Of a DNA stretch of 64,000 nt, positions 1 to 15,938 are shown piece by piece. The notes beneath the pieces are model-generated. The model was not told the DNA's origin, made no database searches, and saw only the letters and a list, made by a program, of their open reading frames with translations. Every line of letters begins with the position of its first letter. The first letter of the stretch is position 1. The translations under genes and the position numbers were made by a program. Source of the DNA: the human T2T-CHM13v2.0 reference genome, Homo sapiens; assembly GCF_009914755.1 (NCBI RefSeq), contig NC_060930.1. One strand, written 5' to 3'.

Positions 1-2223
1 TAGTTTAAAACGTGAATGGTAACGTGATGGAAACAAAAAATAATAATAAGAAGAATATCACCACTTACTCATCTGTTGGAAGAAGAAGCCTTTCTTTCCA
101 CAGGCAGCTAGGACAAGAGGAAGAGACACTGAGAGAGATCAGATGGACTAGGCCAAAGATCCAGGAGCAAGCGGGATGTAGGAGCCCCAGCAGGGCCCAG
201 GAGGATTGGGAGGGTGAGGAAAAGGGCAGGTGCAGGCCAAGCAGGCAGAAATGTAGATGCTATAACGAGCTCAATTTTGAGGAGAGGCAAAGATATTCTA
301 AGGGGATTTTGAGGATGTTCAGCTCTGTGATGGGCAGTGTAACCAATCCCCTCCCCCACCAGAAAACTTTACATAAAGATCTGCATTCATCTTTCAGGTT
401 TTAGAAATGAGTCATGTAGCTTTTTTCTCAGTTGCCAAAGTCCTTAAAGAAAGAGAACAGTAGCCCAGTTACAGTTAGGTTATACGAGTATGAATGACCA
501 CACAAAGGCAAAATTATAAAGCAGGTGGAAACTGGGGTTTTCTCATCCGCAGTGACCTTTCTAGGACTCATGGCAGGTAAGGGGGTGCTGATTTTCAGGT
601 CCCTTTGTCTTTTAAATAATGTCTACACCAGATTCTTAGACCACATGAAGTCAGAAACGGCAGCAAGGTTTTAGAAGATGGGAAGGGGACTTTCTATCAG
701 GTCTGATGGGACGCTCTCTGCTGTGCCTGGGCCCTCTGGCTATGTTTGCATGTCACTGGTTTCATCAAGGAAGAAACAGAGAATCTGGGTCGAGTATGTC
801 GGGGAGCCATGGCTTCTGATAACAAACACAGTAGCAGAGCAGCACATTCACTCTGCCATAAGAGATTTGGGTTTGAATCCTCAGTTATGCTTGTTCACAG
901 GTTCACATCATCTAGTGTCTGGTGCAGAGTGAGACTTGATTAAAGTTAACTGCTATTATTATTATTACAGCTATAGAACTTGGGTTTATGAGAGGATGAA
1001 GGGGAAGAAGACACCGAGAGAAAGATGAGAGAAGAGATCAGCTCAAGGCAGAAGTTCAGTGTCTGAAGTGAAGTTTATCTGAACATCCTAGCATGTTCCA
1101 GGTCCAAGGAGAATCCTGGAGAGCTTGCAGGATGAAGCTTGCTCTTGACTTTCCTAACATGTTAGGGATCTAAAGTTGCCTGGAAGCATCTCTTTGGGTT
1201 TGGCTTTGCTCTCTCCAGGCCACATGGGTGTGTCACATTTTCTTAGTTTGACAGTTTAGAGAGTTCATGTCCACCTTTGGCACTGAACCAAGAACACTGG
1301 ACTTGGCCTCATAGCCAGAGAGGAGGATGTTGTCAAATTGGCCTTGGGTGTGAACAACCCAGGGGCTCACATGGGGGAGGCAATTCCCAGGCCTCCGTTT
1401 CTAGGCACTGCTAAAAACAGGAAAGGCAGAAAGACAAACAGCGGTTTATGAGAAAGCAAAATGCAATGGCATCTTCAACAGATTCCCCACTGTTCCCTCG
1501 TGTGGCGTCAGCTGGGCTACAGAGAGTGTGCAGCACGTGGTGCCATGGGTATTATTTGTTTGTTCTAGAAAGAATTTCAGCCTCAGAGGGGAGGATGAAT
1601 TAAATGACAAGCTCCTATAGTTCTTTCCAGTAAGAAGCCAGTAAATGATTCTTTATTTGAAAGATAGCGTTTAAGTCTTACAATTATGGTGGGTTGGGAT
1701 ATAGGACACTGTTGGTTGCCCACCCTCCTCTGTGGTGGGGAGAATGGGGTGTTTTCTGATGTATTTCCAAGGAATTCAGAAACTTTCTTAAGGAAGACAC
1801 AGATTCTCCACATAGCTGCTTCCCCAAGCTCTATAGGGGATTCTTATAAAGAAGCATCTTTTTATTTAATACAGCTCCACAAATCACCCTTATATTTGGC
1901 GTATGTTCAGAAGTATTAGTACAACAACAAAATGCATATTTTTTTTAAAGGCAAGAGACTTTGGCCAGTATTTGGCTATGTTTAAAACACCAGCATGGTA
2001 AACATTTAGGACAACTTTAGCATGCCTTTAGTACAATATTTTCTTAAAGTATGAAGGGAGGTAGGGACTCCAGATCCAAATAATTTTCTAAACCTCTTAA
2101 AAGCCACAGTAGATTTGAAGAGAAAGATTATCACTTAGGTCTTCGAATTAAGTTTCCTTTTGTGTACTCATCTGTAGCATGTAAGCTGCCTGAATGTTTA
2201 TTTATCAACAGGAGAAGGGAGGA

Positions 2224-2290
<67 letters not shown>
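2224..2290. repeat. (GA)n microsatellite
   Basis: Near-perfect GA run of about 67 bp. Confidence 0.95.
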
Positions 2291-2293
<3 letters not shown>

Positions 2294-3269
2294 ACTGAAT
2301 GTGGGAGGAAGCTGCAGAGCTAGCGAGCTCAGGAGCGATCAGGGGAGAAGTTCTGGTTAGGGAACCCGGCCCAGACTTTAGCCATGGGGCAGTGGCGACA
2401 CCTTCTGGCTTATCCCTGAGCAAACAAACAAACAAACAAAAAACTCCCCAAAAACCTATTGTGCATTTTCCACAGAGAACATGTACGTGTGTTTTCTATT
2501 AGACTTTCCAGAAACTCATAAATGATTGTAGAACCCATCGTGCTAATAGAAAGTACGGCATAAATGCTGACGGAAGCTATTAATGCTGATTGTAGTTTAT
2601 GTGGCCAAATGAATCAGGCTGAAATCTGTGAGTTTTTTTATGGTTACTTTATAACAGGTTATTTTTAAGTATCAGGCCATAGATTAGGTTTAATGCGGAT
2701 GCTCACACACTTAGAATGAGCTGGTTAAGAGAGATTCTAACTTTATCAGTCATCCGTTCCAGCGTTTAGACCTAGAGATTTTTCTCAATTCTCCCTCCCC
2801 CAAAACACTTAGGCTGAAGTACATTCACCACATTTTGTCTTGTTTCATCCTCAAATAGCCACATCTTTTACATAAGAGCCATTCACAAACTTAAAAACTG
2901 CCTCTGTGCCACTGCAATGCTAGACTGAAATAATTACTGGATTTGGTGATTCTGTGAATATCCTACAAATTCTCTTCCAGTTGCCCATTCTTTCATTTGT
3001 TAAACAGGCATCTATTCGGTGCCCACTGTGGGCCAACTTTGTGCCCCTTTCCCCACATGGATTGCTGGGTGAGGACCCTGATGGGGAAGGTGGGAAGTGT
3101 TGAGTATATTTAAGGAAATACACATGGTAGTCATTCATTGAGTATTCATCGGATCGTGAACTGATTTGATCACCATTTCCTAAATGACACACTCTTGTTT
3201 AATTCAGCACCACATACATATTAAATAGTGGATTATATTAAATGTTAATATACGCAAGTCAAGAGCACA

Positions 3270-3470
3270 GATCATGGGACCAGCTGCCTGGGCTGGGGTC
3301 CTGACCCTGACACATACTAGCTTGGGCAGGTTGCTTAACCGGTGCTTGTTTCCTTCTCTGCAAAGTGGAGATCATAACATGGCATACCTTAGAGGGTTGC
3401 TGGGAGCAATAATTGAGTCATCACCTTCAGAGGGCTTAGTACAGTGCCCGGCATGCTGTAAGCAGTTGTT
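3270..3470 (+). mobile_element. MIR SINE fragment
   Basis: cttgggcaggttgcttaac...tttcct.tctgcaaagtgg...acagtgcccggca MIR core. Confidence 0.7.
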
Positions 3471-4219
3471 ATGTACAATGTGTATGTGCAACGCATGATG
3501 ATGCTGATGTATGAGAAACAAAGCATACAAAAAAAGCAACAAAAAATTCTTAGAGCTGCAAGAAAAAAGTGGCTCTTGCCTCTGGCTCTGCTCAGTAAAC
3601 ATCGTGCTTGACTCATCCTCTGCCCTGAAATGCTGACATGAACAGGGATATTCAGCTGTTCCTTTCATTCTGACTCTACAGCCAGAACCACAGTCCCCCA
3701 GCCGAAAGCCTTCATCATAACAGATGTGAAATGGGGCAACCTTAAAGGTTGGGGGTGACTGATACTTACACAGAATTCCCCAGATATGCTACAAGTACAC
3801 CTGGACCTCCCTCCCCCTTGCTCAGAGCAGTTCCCTGGATACCCTAATATGCCCCAACAAAAATTACAGTTTGTGGGGAGAAGCTACCCATTGGATGTTT
3901 GAGTTGCACAGCTTTTACTACATGAGTCTTGCATCTCCTAAAGTTTGAAGTGTGTAGCAAATTAAATGTGCAATTTTATACTTCTGTTTCCTGAAATCTA
4001 GTAGGGGGTAAATGACTCAGATTTTTCCAGCACCAAAGGAGAATTTAAAATAGTGTGTCCTTTTTGGCAATGGCTAGGACAGGTATTTTCACCAGAGAGA
4101 GAAAAAATATCACCTTAACTTGAAAGTGAATATATAAGAATTGAATATACAAGAATTCAGTCTCCTTTTATTTGTTACTAGCAGAAGACAGAGCCCATAT
4201 ATATATATATATTTTCAGG

Positions 4220-4700
4220 GTAGCAATGTGCCCTATCAAAAATACTCAACTTCCTAGATTCCCAGAATTTCAGCTACAGAAGGCCAAATAACCAAGTTCT
4301 GGCTAAAGAGATATCAGTAGAAATTAATCAATGGGCTTCTGGAAAAGATAAGATAGATGCGGCTGGCATTGTCTGGAATGCGGATGTGATGTTTGGGGGT
4401 GGAGCAACCATCCTGTGAAACAAGAATGAAAGTCACACACGAAAGATGGAGAATTAGGAGCTCTAAGCAGCAGCTCAATTCTCGACTTCTTTCAGCAACT
4501 ACATTTGCCTGGAACTCTCTACTCTCTGGACTTCTTGTCATGTGAGAAAAGCAAATTCCTCTTAAGAAGTAAACATTTATCAAGAGTGCTTAGAACAGGG
4601 CATGGTTCATAGTAAAATGCTATATAGGTTTTGCTAATAAAATACATATTTGCTTTAGCCACTGTAGTCAGGCTTCTATTACAAACAGCCAAACACAACA
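4220..4700 (+). mobile_element. Old MaLR LTR (MLT1J/K-like), degraded
   Basis: aagttctggc...gagat, tggacttcttgtcatgtgagaaa and tttagccactg motifs. Confidence 0.5.
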
Positions 4701-4717
4701 TTTGCCAATATACATAG

Positions 4718-5048
<331 letters not shown>

Positions 5049-5590
5049 TCATTATTTCACTTTTATTCTAGCACCTTGCACAGCGTATGGTACTGAATAA
5101 GTATTTGTTGAAAGAATAAGCCGTTCAGTGGGGTTTGAGGAAAGATGAAGGACCCTAAAATCATGTGACTCTATTTATATACTTATGTAATAAGCTTTAA
5201 CTCTGTAGAGGAACAACAGTTCCCTTTCTTTGTATAATAGTAGCCCTTGGTCTTTTGAGGATAGATGAAGGGATTCAATTAGTTTGGCCTGAGATACCCT
5301 CCCACAGAGTACCAGCCACTTTGTTATCAGAGCCAAGAGAGAAGCATAGGTTAGCATCAACCTCTCTGCCAAACGACTCAGGTAGGACTGAGGCAGTTTC
5401 AGACCTGGGCAAAATGTTGAGTAAAACTCATCTTAGGGTCCCCACAATGGAAACAGAACATGGATAACTATCATTGCAAACATCAGTGGGCATGAGACCA
5501 TCAGAGTTAGAGCTGAGTGCAGGAGGTCTGAGAAATCACGTGGCTCAACCCTCCCCTCCCCAGAATGTTCTGGAAGGGAAGAGGTTCTAG

Positions 5591-5988
<398 letters not shown>

Positions 5989-6835
5989 AGAGAAACGTAT
6001 TTTATTTACCTTGATCCAGATCATTAAATGCTTTGTCCACCAGGGGTCTTAGAAAAATAATTTGACCTCTGGCTGCTAGCTGAAAAAAGTCTAGAATTTA
6101 GCCTTCTGTGTTTTCTCTTTTGACCCTTGGTGAAGTATCACTTTTAACACCAAATAGAATTTCCCTTGAATGTGGTTATAAAAATAATGGTGAAAAGAAA
6201 AATCCCACTTCAGCGAAGCCCGCCAGCACACTGGCCATCCTAGTGAGGAGAGCTGCTCAGGTTCTTGCATTCTTTTATTGATTGGTTCTAAGTGAGATTA
6301 TTCACCATGAAGCTTGATATCATATAACAGAGGCTACAAAAGCATTGTATGTTCTCACGTCAAAGACAATGCTAGTCACAGAACATCATAGGATTTAAAT
6401 GGGGACTGGGAAGTTTTAAATAAATACAGTCAGAGCATAGGGGAGTCTGCAACATGGGGACAGATTTAAAAGGTGAGGTTCCACAGCGGGGACAGGAAGT
6501 GGCTGGAGGACGTGCCCGTGGCTCTGATGAGGCCCCGTCATCATCTCCCAAGCAAAGGCATAGACAAGGTAGAGGTGTGTTGAAGTGTTTGTATACTTTT
6601 TTTTTCTCTCATTTAACAAATATTGATGGACCATCTGCCCTGGGTCAGATGCTGAGCTGGGGTCTGGGGTGACAATGATGAAGGAGGCACACCCAGCATG
6701 CTTCCTCACAGAGACAGCTGCTCAGAACCCTGTTTCTCACAGCACAGCCCTGGACCAACAGTGTCCGAATCGCCTGGGAGCTCTCAGGCCTCGCCCCAGA
6801 TCCACTACCTCAATATCTGCTTCGTAACAAGACCC

Positions 6836-7353
6836 TGTGGGAAACCAGGATATGCCACCCCCAAAATAGGAAGGATTGTTGAGATGAAGACAATTCAGAA
6901 GAAACAGAGGCAGTAAAGCTCTCTGCCCTCCCTCTATTTGTCTAAAAGCAGGACGTAGATTTACAAAGACAAAACGTATCTTGCCTCCCCCCTTCTACCA
7001 GGGAGAACCACTGAAAACAACTTAAGACGCTTATGCTCCTGGAGATGGCCCTGCAGGAATCTACATTGAACAAGCTTTGCTAACTGGCCTTTATCTGCCA
7101 TTCATTTGCTATCCCCCGAAGTTGCTGCCCCTAGAGACTCAAAGTGTTTTTTCCCTTGTCACATCTCTAAAAGTTTACTGTCCTTTGATGAGGATGCTGT
7201 GAAACTAGAATTCAAAGCCATCTCTTTGAGAACTCCTCATTATAGAAAATATACATGTTAATAAACTTCTGCTTGTTTTTCTCTTGTTAATCTGTCTTTT
7301 GTTACAGGGGTCCCTTCCAACTAAGAACCTATGGGGGTTATTCTTCCTCTAAA
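6836..7353 (+). mobile_element. ERV1 solo LTR (MER34/MER39-like) inserted into a MER5-like hAT fragment
   Basis: Starts tgtgggaaaccaggatatgccacccccaaaat; has aataaac poly-A signal followed by tttttctcttgttaatctgtcttttgtta. Confidence 0.75.
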
Positions 7354-8044
7354 ACCCCCACGGGATTCAAATGTATGCGCAAGGTAGAAAATGGTCTGGC
7401 TAACAAGAGGAATGAAAAGAAGTGCTGCTTTATGCTTAAGCCTTAAGTCTGTGCCTGTCTTAACTCATGAGGCTACTCCGGCTCAGCCTGGAAACAAGCT
7501 TGAGATGGGGTGGAGTGCCTTCCTGCAAGACGGCGCTGGAGCAGGATTTGAAAGAAAGCCTGGGGTTTTAAAGCCAAAGTTCCATGTAGCAACTTTTTCC
7601 CAACAAATTACCCTCTCTAAACTGCTGATAAAGTCAGAATACCAGACTAGATTTAATCCCTGGTTTTAGTTCTTATGTCTTTGCAACACTAGTTGGTAGC
7701 AAAAGATGTTTAAAAGCTGAGAAATGCTGAAGCTTTTGCTAGAAGGTTCAGTGCACCACCTGGATTTCACATCTTGTCATTTTCAGCCCCAGCTCTACCA
7801 AAAATGAGGGAATCTGTTCTACAGGTTAACTTATCCAGAGATATTCTCCCCTAAAGGTCAGCAGAAACTTGGAAAAAGTTTCCTCAAAGCTACGTCCTAA
7901 CCACAGACAAGGGGTTATGAATGTAGTAATTGTATAAACCAACTGTGATACTTTCAACCTACACACACACAATGAAATGTAGACACACACACCCATGGAC
8001 ACACTATTGTACTTCTGTGGTCTGCATATCCTGTGCTTAGTGGG

Positions 8045-8086
8045 ATATTGTGTCCCATCATGAATATATTGTGTCCCATCATGAAT
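8045..8086. repeat. Perfect 21-bp tandem duplication
   Basis: atattgtgtcccatcatgaat x2. Confidence 0.95.
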
Positions 8087-8199
8087 ATAATTTTGCATGT
8101 AAGCACTTTCTTTTAGATTAATTGAAATGAGCCTGTCTAAGGAGGTATGTGATGGCCTTTGCCAGTACATAAGAACATCAGAACACACACGAAGTGCAT

Positions 8200-8201
<2 letters not shown>

Positions 8202-8235
<34 letters not shown>

Positions 8236-8243
8236 AGAGAGAG
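8202..8243. repeat. (TG)n(AG)n microsatellite
   Basis: Seen directly. Confidence 0.95.
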
Positions 8244-10179
8244 ATTGAGAAACGTATTTGGTTCCTATGTGTAGACTGCACAAAGACAAGAGGTGTTGGT
8301 TGCATAGGATGAGGTAACGGTAGGAAGAGGTGAAAGAACATTTAACTCATGTGCAAATCAGTTATTTAACGTTCCTTTATTCCCCAGGTCTTGATCTGCA
8401 TCCAGGCCAGGCCAGGAGAACTCATTCTGGTCAGACAGCGGGAAATTCCACCACATGGAATGGTGTTGGTGGTCTCCGCTCTACTCCAGTCCAGGAGCCC
8501 ACACAGCAAAATTCCACTAATGAATGCGCCCACCCACGCAGGGCCCAGCTCTCCCCACCCCCTTCTCCCCATGCCTGCCCCATTCAACAGGCCACGCCAC
8601 CACCAACCGCCTTCCTTACAACTGCCCAAGGATTCGTTTCAGGAGCAAGATTTGTTAAATTATAAATTGGAAGCATCCACCTCAATAATGAACCAAATCA
8701 AAGACCCTCTGGAGGAATCCCTCAGGCAGCTCATGGGAGGGACCAGAGGAAGCATTTGCCCACTCCTCTCCCTCCTGCCCTCAGCCCCAAGGACCCTCCA
8801 TGAGGGAGGAGACGAGGACATGCAAGTGCAGAGCCCACCAGACCTCCGAGGTGGGTCCCACCGAGCCTAGGTTATTTGTTTTTCCTTACAAGAATGCTAG
8901 TCAAAGCAAAACTTTAACCCAACAAACCAACAAACAAAATACCCCTAGTTGGCTATTTGCACACAGGGGTTGCCAAGGAAGGCAGCCTGAAGGGTCCCTT
9001 TGTGACCAGAGGCGTTTTTGAAAGGAGACAGCAATGGCTGCTTTATGAGGAAGTGGTGAGACGGTCACATGTTATCCGCATTGCTGTGGAGGTCGGCCTG
9101 ACCACCCAGGAGCCTTCACCAAGATGGCCTGATAACAGCCCACCGTGGGGCTCCCAGGCCTCTGCAGCGGTCTTCCTGGGACCCAACTGTCCTCCAAAAG
9201 AACTGCTTCCAACAGAGTAGACATGGAGCCCCACGGCCACCTAAGTGACTCTGTTTCTGAGCATGCTACAGGGTAATTAGGTTTCACATTCCTGCTGCTT
9301 TTTACACACGGCCTTAGCTTTCTCATCAGGCCCGTGGCAGAGCACAAGGCAGAATGAGAAGGGGGGTGCCGCATCCATCCCCTGGATGGCCAGGCCCTCC
9401 AGACAGGGCCACTGTGACACGGGGGCTGGGGGCTGGGAGGGAGGAAGGGGAGAAGGCATGAAGCGCCTTATGATTGAAGTGGCTTGGAATAATAAATATA
9501 CACACTCTTTTTTAAACGTGGCTCACCACATCCTGGGAATCTGGAAAAAATGCCCCACTTCACTGTCCCTCACCCTCCTCCCCACCTACCCCCCAGCAGC
9601 AGTGGCTTTCATGACGCCTGGGGGAAAGCACAGGGCCTTTGATAATAAGGGGCTTGTTAGTTCTAGGCTAACAGCCCTCCCAGGCCGCTCTGAATCCTTT
9701 CAAGCACTTTTTTATTTTAGGTCAAGGAAGTTCGTAAATGTAAAGACTCGAGATTGTAGAAGGAGAAGAGGAAAGGGAGAAAGAAGCATTTGGGGGTAGT
9801 TGTCATTGGGAGGGGCAGCCAGGGACCTCCTATGGTAGATCCGTCAGGCCTGGTGGACATGCCCTTCCCTTGGTGTGGGGGACAGATAATGGAAGGTGGC
9901 TTTGAGCCTTGAAGAAGACCTAGCCTTGTTTGAACCGTCTAAGCTTTGGCTTAGATAAAACTGAATCTTTGTATAGGAAGACCCTTTCGAATCCACAGGC
10001 CTTGAATAAATCGCATCAGCTGGCTCTGGCGACGATTCCTCTGCCTGCCAGAAGAGGGCAGCACATGCTTCCTCATTACAGGGAAAGCTGGGCTGCCCAG
10101 TCCAAAGGGTGGACACTAGGTATGGAGGCGGGGGGAGCACTGTGAAATTAATAGCAGCAGCAGCAACAGCAGCAGCAAT

Positions 10180-10340
10180 AGCTATCACATATTGGTGCCT
10201 ACTGTGTGCCAGGAACTGTCCTAAGTGATTTATATGCATTAATTCATCTAATTAACATGACAAATCTTCAAGAGAGGGTGCTATTACAATCTCCATATTA
10301 CCGTTGAGGAGGCTGAGGCATACTGAAATTAACAGAACTT
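10180..10340 (-). mobile_element. MIR fragment
   Basis: gtgcctactgtgtgccagg.actgt.ctaagtg...gaggaggctgaggca. Confidence 0.75.
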
Positions 10341-10369
10341 GCTATTGTAGCCACGGACTGCCTAAGATT

Positions 10370-10712
10370 GAGGTCAGCAAATTACAGTCCAAGGACTAAA
10401 TCCAGTTCACTGCCTACTTTCATGCTGCCCTCAAGCTAAGTATTGTTTTGTGTTTTACATTTTTGCATGGTTGGAAAAAAGTCAAAAGAAGAATAATATT
10501 TCATGAAGTGAGAATGATGTGAAATTCAAATTTCAGTGTCCACGAATGATGTTTTATTGGAACACAGCCCTATTTATTTGTTTACATATTATCTGTGGCT
10601 GCTTTATGATTCCTGCAGCAGAATTGAGCAGAGTCTGGTAGAGGCTATGTAGCTTGCAAAGCCTAAACTATTTACTATCTGACCCTATATAGAGAAAGTT
10701 TGCCAAGCCCTG
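10370..10712 (+). mobile_element. MER58B-like hAT-Charlie element
   Basis: TIR-like ends gaggtcagcaaa / tttgccaagccctg; internal gaaattcaaatttcagtgtcca. Confidence 0.85.
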
Positions 10713-10949
10713 ACTTATGAGGAAGAGCTACCTGTTTCCAGGCAAGAGGGACAGAGAACAGAGTTGCTATTTACTGGAAATGGAGCTAGTATCGCTATCC
10801 CAGGGCAATTTAGAAGCAATGTTGAACTTGATTCACTTTTTTTCCAACAGGGCAGCTCAAGGTCAAGCAAAAGGAGGGTCTGACATGTCACTGAATAGCC
10901 TCAAGGAAGTAATAAAAGGTTAGATCTGGAAAGGACTGTGAAAGTCCAC

Positions 10950-11440
<491 letters not shown>

Positions 11441-11548
11441 AGGCAGTTCCTACCTCCAAAGATCCAGCCTCTTTTTGGTCCTTTCTGTTGATGGGATACT
11501 CACTTCTTTTGCTGGCAGTCCATTCTACAGATTTAATTTTAAAGTTTC

Positions 11549-11842
<294 letters not shown>

Positions 11843-14800
11843 TAATTGTAAACTTTCTAATGTTGAGCTGAAGTGTGTAAGCCTAAATTTTCTATACATC
11901 AAATGAGGATGATCTTGCTTAATACGTTTACTTTAAGAGTCTTAAGATCTTATTAAAAGGGAGCGAAGGGAAGGAAGCACTGTGACCCCCGGGGTAGGGA
12001 GGACCAGAGCCGGCTGCAGGAATCAGTCTGTCGGTGTGGTCACACCAGGCAGTCTGCAAGATGGGAGGACAGGGATGAGTTGTTGGGGACACAAACCATG
12101 AAAACCTGGAAGGAAAAGAAAGACCGCCAGTGATACAGATGAGTTCTTTTTCTAGCAGCATCAGCCAGGAGCATGACCCACTGCAGGTGGCACCTCTTAG
12201 AAGGAGAAGACAGGAGCAATTTGAAGATTCGGGCCTGAATGGAACAAGAAGACAAGGAAAGAGCAAGGAATGCACCTGTGGCTGGCTTGCCCCTGCTGCC
12301 TTATATGAGGGCTCTAGGAGATGAGGAAGGGAAATGAGAGAGGCAGGATGACAGTCATTGATATTGTGTTAATAAGAACCACAATGTCCTCCTTCAATCA
12401 CGTTCCCATTCAGTGGGAATGATCATCCAAATTCTGAGATAAACTCACTGAGGTTCCTAGAATAACCCGAGAGTCTTCTTCCATTCTATGTGGCAGGGAC
12501 AATCAATTTTTCCAGAATAAGCCCAGGGAGCTTCCAGGTTCCAGAAAGAGGAGCCTCTGATGTGAGCCTTAGGGAGGTGGAAACCTTGGCCTTTATTTGG
12601 AAACAGAACCAAGACTGCTCAGGGACCTGTGTGGCTAATGGCCACTTTTTTGTTCCAGCAACAAATTGGGAACCAGGAGGTGGTGGGAACTAGGGTACAC
12701 TCCCTCGCCCTCTGGTAACCACGTTTGAGCTTGGATTGGAGAGAAAGGAGAAGCAGAGGGCTTAGCCCTAACCAGGTGCTTTTCATCTGGGGACATGTGT
12801 CCTGGATTTCCTGGGACAGTACCAATTTCTTATAATTTGATTATTTTCAATGAAGGCAATTTGTTAGGCATCTGATTTTCAGTTTGGAAAACATGGGCAC
12901 TGCAGTTACAACTGATGAAGGGCAATGCAATCTGAGCACATGCCCAGCACGTCACAGATACCAAGGAAGGTTTTTAGGGCTTTCTTTCGGAAGTTAGAAG
13001 CACCTTATTAGGACAAGTATTTTAGGAAGAGTATGTTAGGACATCTCAGAGTCTTCCATAAAAAGAGAACTAGGTGCAGCCTTGCGAGTGAAAGGGGTAC
13101 ATCTTTGCACATCTAGTGCAGGAGCCCATTCATCTTGATGAAAATAGATAAGCCCAGACAGGCTGTTCTGTGTCCCATGTGCTGGGTGGACAGAGAGGGG
13201 CAGGGAGGTTGGCGACACACGCCTGAGGCTGCAGGGAGGTCTCCTGAGTCTTCCAGAGAAGATGGAGAGAAAGGAAGAAAGTGAGTTTCAGGTGAAGAGA
13301 GAACACAGGGATTGTGAGATCGGGAGGAGCACAGCTCACAGGTGGGGGAAGATGGAGAGGAGTCAGAGCAGCAGGAAGTCAGCAGGGCCTGGAGTCTACA
13401 GCAGCCTGAAAGAGAAGTCACAGGAGGGGAGAGCCAAAGAAAATGGAAACCACAGCTCCTCCGTGCCTGCGGCTCACAGCAGGAATATTTGTTATTCTTC
13501 TGGGAGGCTGGTTTGTTTTTATCTTCTAGGAGGACCGAGCTGCAGCTGACCAGGGGCCCTGTTTTGCTTTGTCTGCTCACAAGTTTAGAGCCAAATTTGT
13601 GGTCTACCTTCTGTATGGCGCACGAAGGCCCCGGGGCTGCCCTGACTGTTTTAGCTCACCCAGGGCTCCATTTGATGGTTGTCTCCTTGTTTTTCTTTCT
13701 CACCTCCTCTTGGCCTTTGTTGGTTTGCCGTGCTTTATGCATCCCTGGGAGTAGCTATAAAGCCTTTCTGGAACAAGTGGAGTATAAATTTTAAAATAGA
13801 AAGAAGGCCCCCCAAGACAGAGGAATACAGAGGTGGAAATAAGAGAGAAAAGTGGATTGAAGGGAGAAGAAAAGAGGGAATTCAAAGGAAGCCTTGAAAG
13901 ACTAAAACCATCCAGATTGGGCAAAACACCACTTAGTGCAGGTCGCCTGAGAGGCCTGAGAGAGCTTAAGCCCCAAGACTGCATGTGATACAGATGAGAT
14001 ACTATTGCCCCTGGGGCTTTTCAGACCTCTCACTAGGGGAAAGGGAGTCCTGTGGAAGTGGGCTGCGCAAAAGGAGGTTGGATGGAAGGTGGTCAGTGTG
14101 AATAGAGCAGGAGAAATACTGAATTTTTGTCTTAGGCTACAGGCATAGGCATGCCTACTTCCTCTCCAGCTAAAAAGAAAAGGGGCAAAAGCACATGAGA
14201 ATATGACACTGGCACCAAAAACAAGGATGGTAATTCTTGGTAGGACATTAACTGTATCTGAGGGAAACATGATAGACCTGGAAGAAATTTTAAAAAGGGG
14301 TAGGAGACTTTTCAAATTAGTTAATCAAAATAGAGCATTCAAGATGCACATTAGATCCATTTGTTAATTACCTGCCATATGCGATGGGGACAGAACATGA
14401 AATAAATCATGTGTATTGCTAGGATTGAAGCATAAGGAAAGAGAGATTGTGGAAAATAAAGTGAAATATAGCACTTTCTGCCTAGATTATGATAAGTAAC
14501 TAAAATGAATTTCTTGAAAACCAAGAGATTTGCAGGGATTTTTAGAGTCTGTTCAAATGGCAGATTGAGGGTAAGAAATGCAAAATGTAAGACAGATATT
14601 CAGAGGGAGAAGTCCACATCCTCTTAGGAATGACAGAGAGTGGGGGACATGTTAAAGTAGGTGTCAAAGAAACCCCTTTAGGGAAGAGACAAACCCAAGG
14701 AGCCAAAGGGGTGTTCCAGTGGCAGGCGGGGAGGGGTGTTTCACAGCGACGCTTGCTAGAGGTGGAGGCACTGGCTTGCAGAAGGTGGAGGCCTGGGCCC

Positions 14801-15631
14801 TTGCTGAACTCCACCATGTGCCAGGCAGGCTGGGTAGAGAGCATGATTAAGGGGGAGGACAGACCTAACTGCTTGCTAATTACAGGGATGCTGCAGGATG
14901 TGCCAAAGGGGCATGGATGACACTGTGCCCTCCCTCAAGCCTTCTACTTCAGCACTCTATGAACCTCCAGGTCTAAACCCAGGGCATAACTTCTCCCTGC
15001 AAGATTGAAAAAGTGAATGTGGGGCTCAGAGGAGGAACCCCTCCAGCCAAATCTAAATGCAGTGCTGCTTTCTCCCATCTCAAAGATGCTCTTTCGCAGG
15101 ACCACGAGCACTCTTCCCATGTGGGTTCCTGATCCAGTTCCCTATCATCACCCACTGGTCCTCCCCTTTCTAAGGGAGCAGGGTTTGTGCTTCCTCCATC
15201 AGACTGAGCTCTCTCTGGTTGTGTAGAATCTGAGTAATGGGTGGATTCCACATGAGAAAAGCAGACAGAAAAGGATATCCAAGAACACTTTCAGGGAGCT
15301 GCACATAGCAGGCAAAAGTCTCCCAGGACCTTCTCTGCAGCATTTTATAACACAGATCACTCTTTTAAAACAACAACAACAACAATAAAGCTTGCTTTCC
15401 CATCTTTATGCCCTCCCCACTACCCCCGATTTCCTCCATCCTCCCTGGCTAGTCCTTCTTTCTCTTCCTCCTTGACTCCTCTCCCTCTGTCATCCCATCT
15501 ATGTGATTGATCCTTGGGCATCGTCTTAATCATCTAAAGATGTATAACCCCTCAAACTGCATTTTTATACCAGAACTCTCTGCTAAGGTACAATTGTCTA
15601 CCCGAGATAACTGCTCAGAACAACGGCTGAC

Positions 15632-15938
<307 letters not shown>

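Noticed and set aside
4127-4156. Short imperfect tandem repeats (also 27930-27955 and 30781-30813)
   Set aside because: 15-16-bp slippage products, common in AT-rich introns.
8391-8870. 159-aa plus-strand ORF
   Set aside because: Starts at TTG, has no recognisable domain, is antisense intronic, and its length is compatible with chance.
9043-9240. 65-aa minus-strand ORF preceded by cacttag, considered as an alternative terminal CLIC5 exon
   Set aside because: The polypyrimidine tract is weak. Splicing from exon 4 (phase 1) would not use this frame and stops after about 40 codons. No CLIC similarity.
13113-13794. Cluster of 150-155-aa overlapping ORFs
   Set aside because: Purine-rich low-complexity intronic sequence with no family resemblance or splice evidence.
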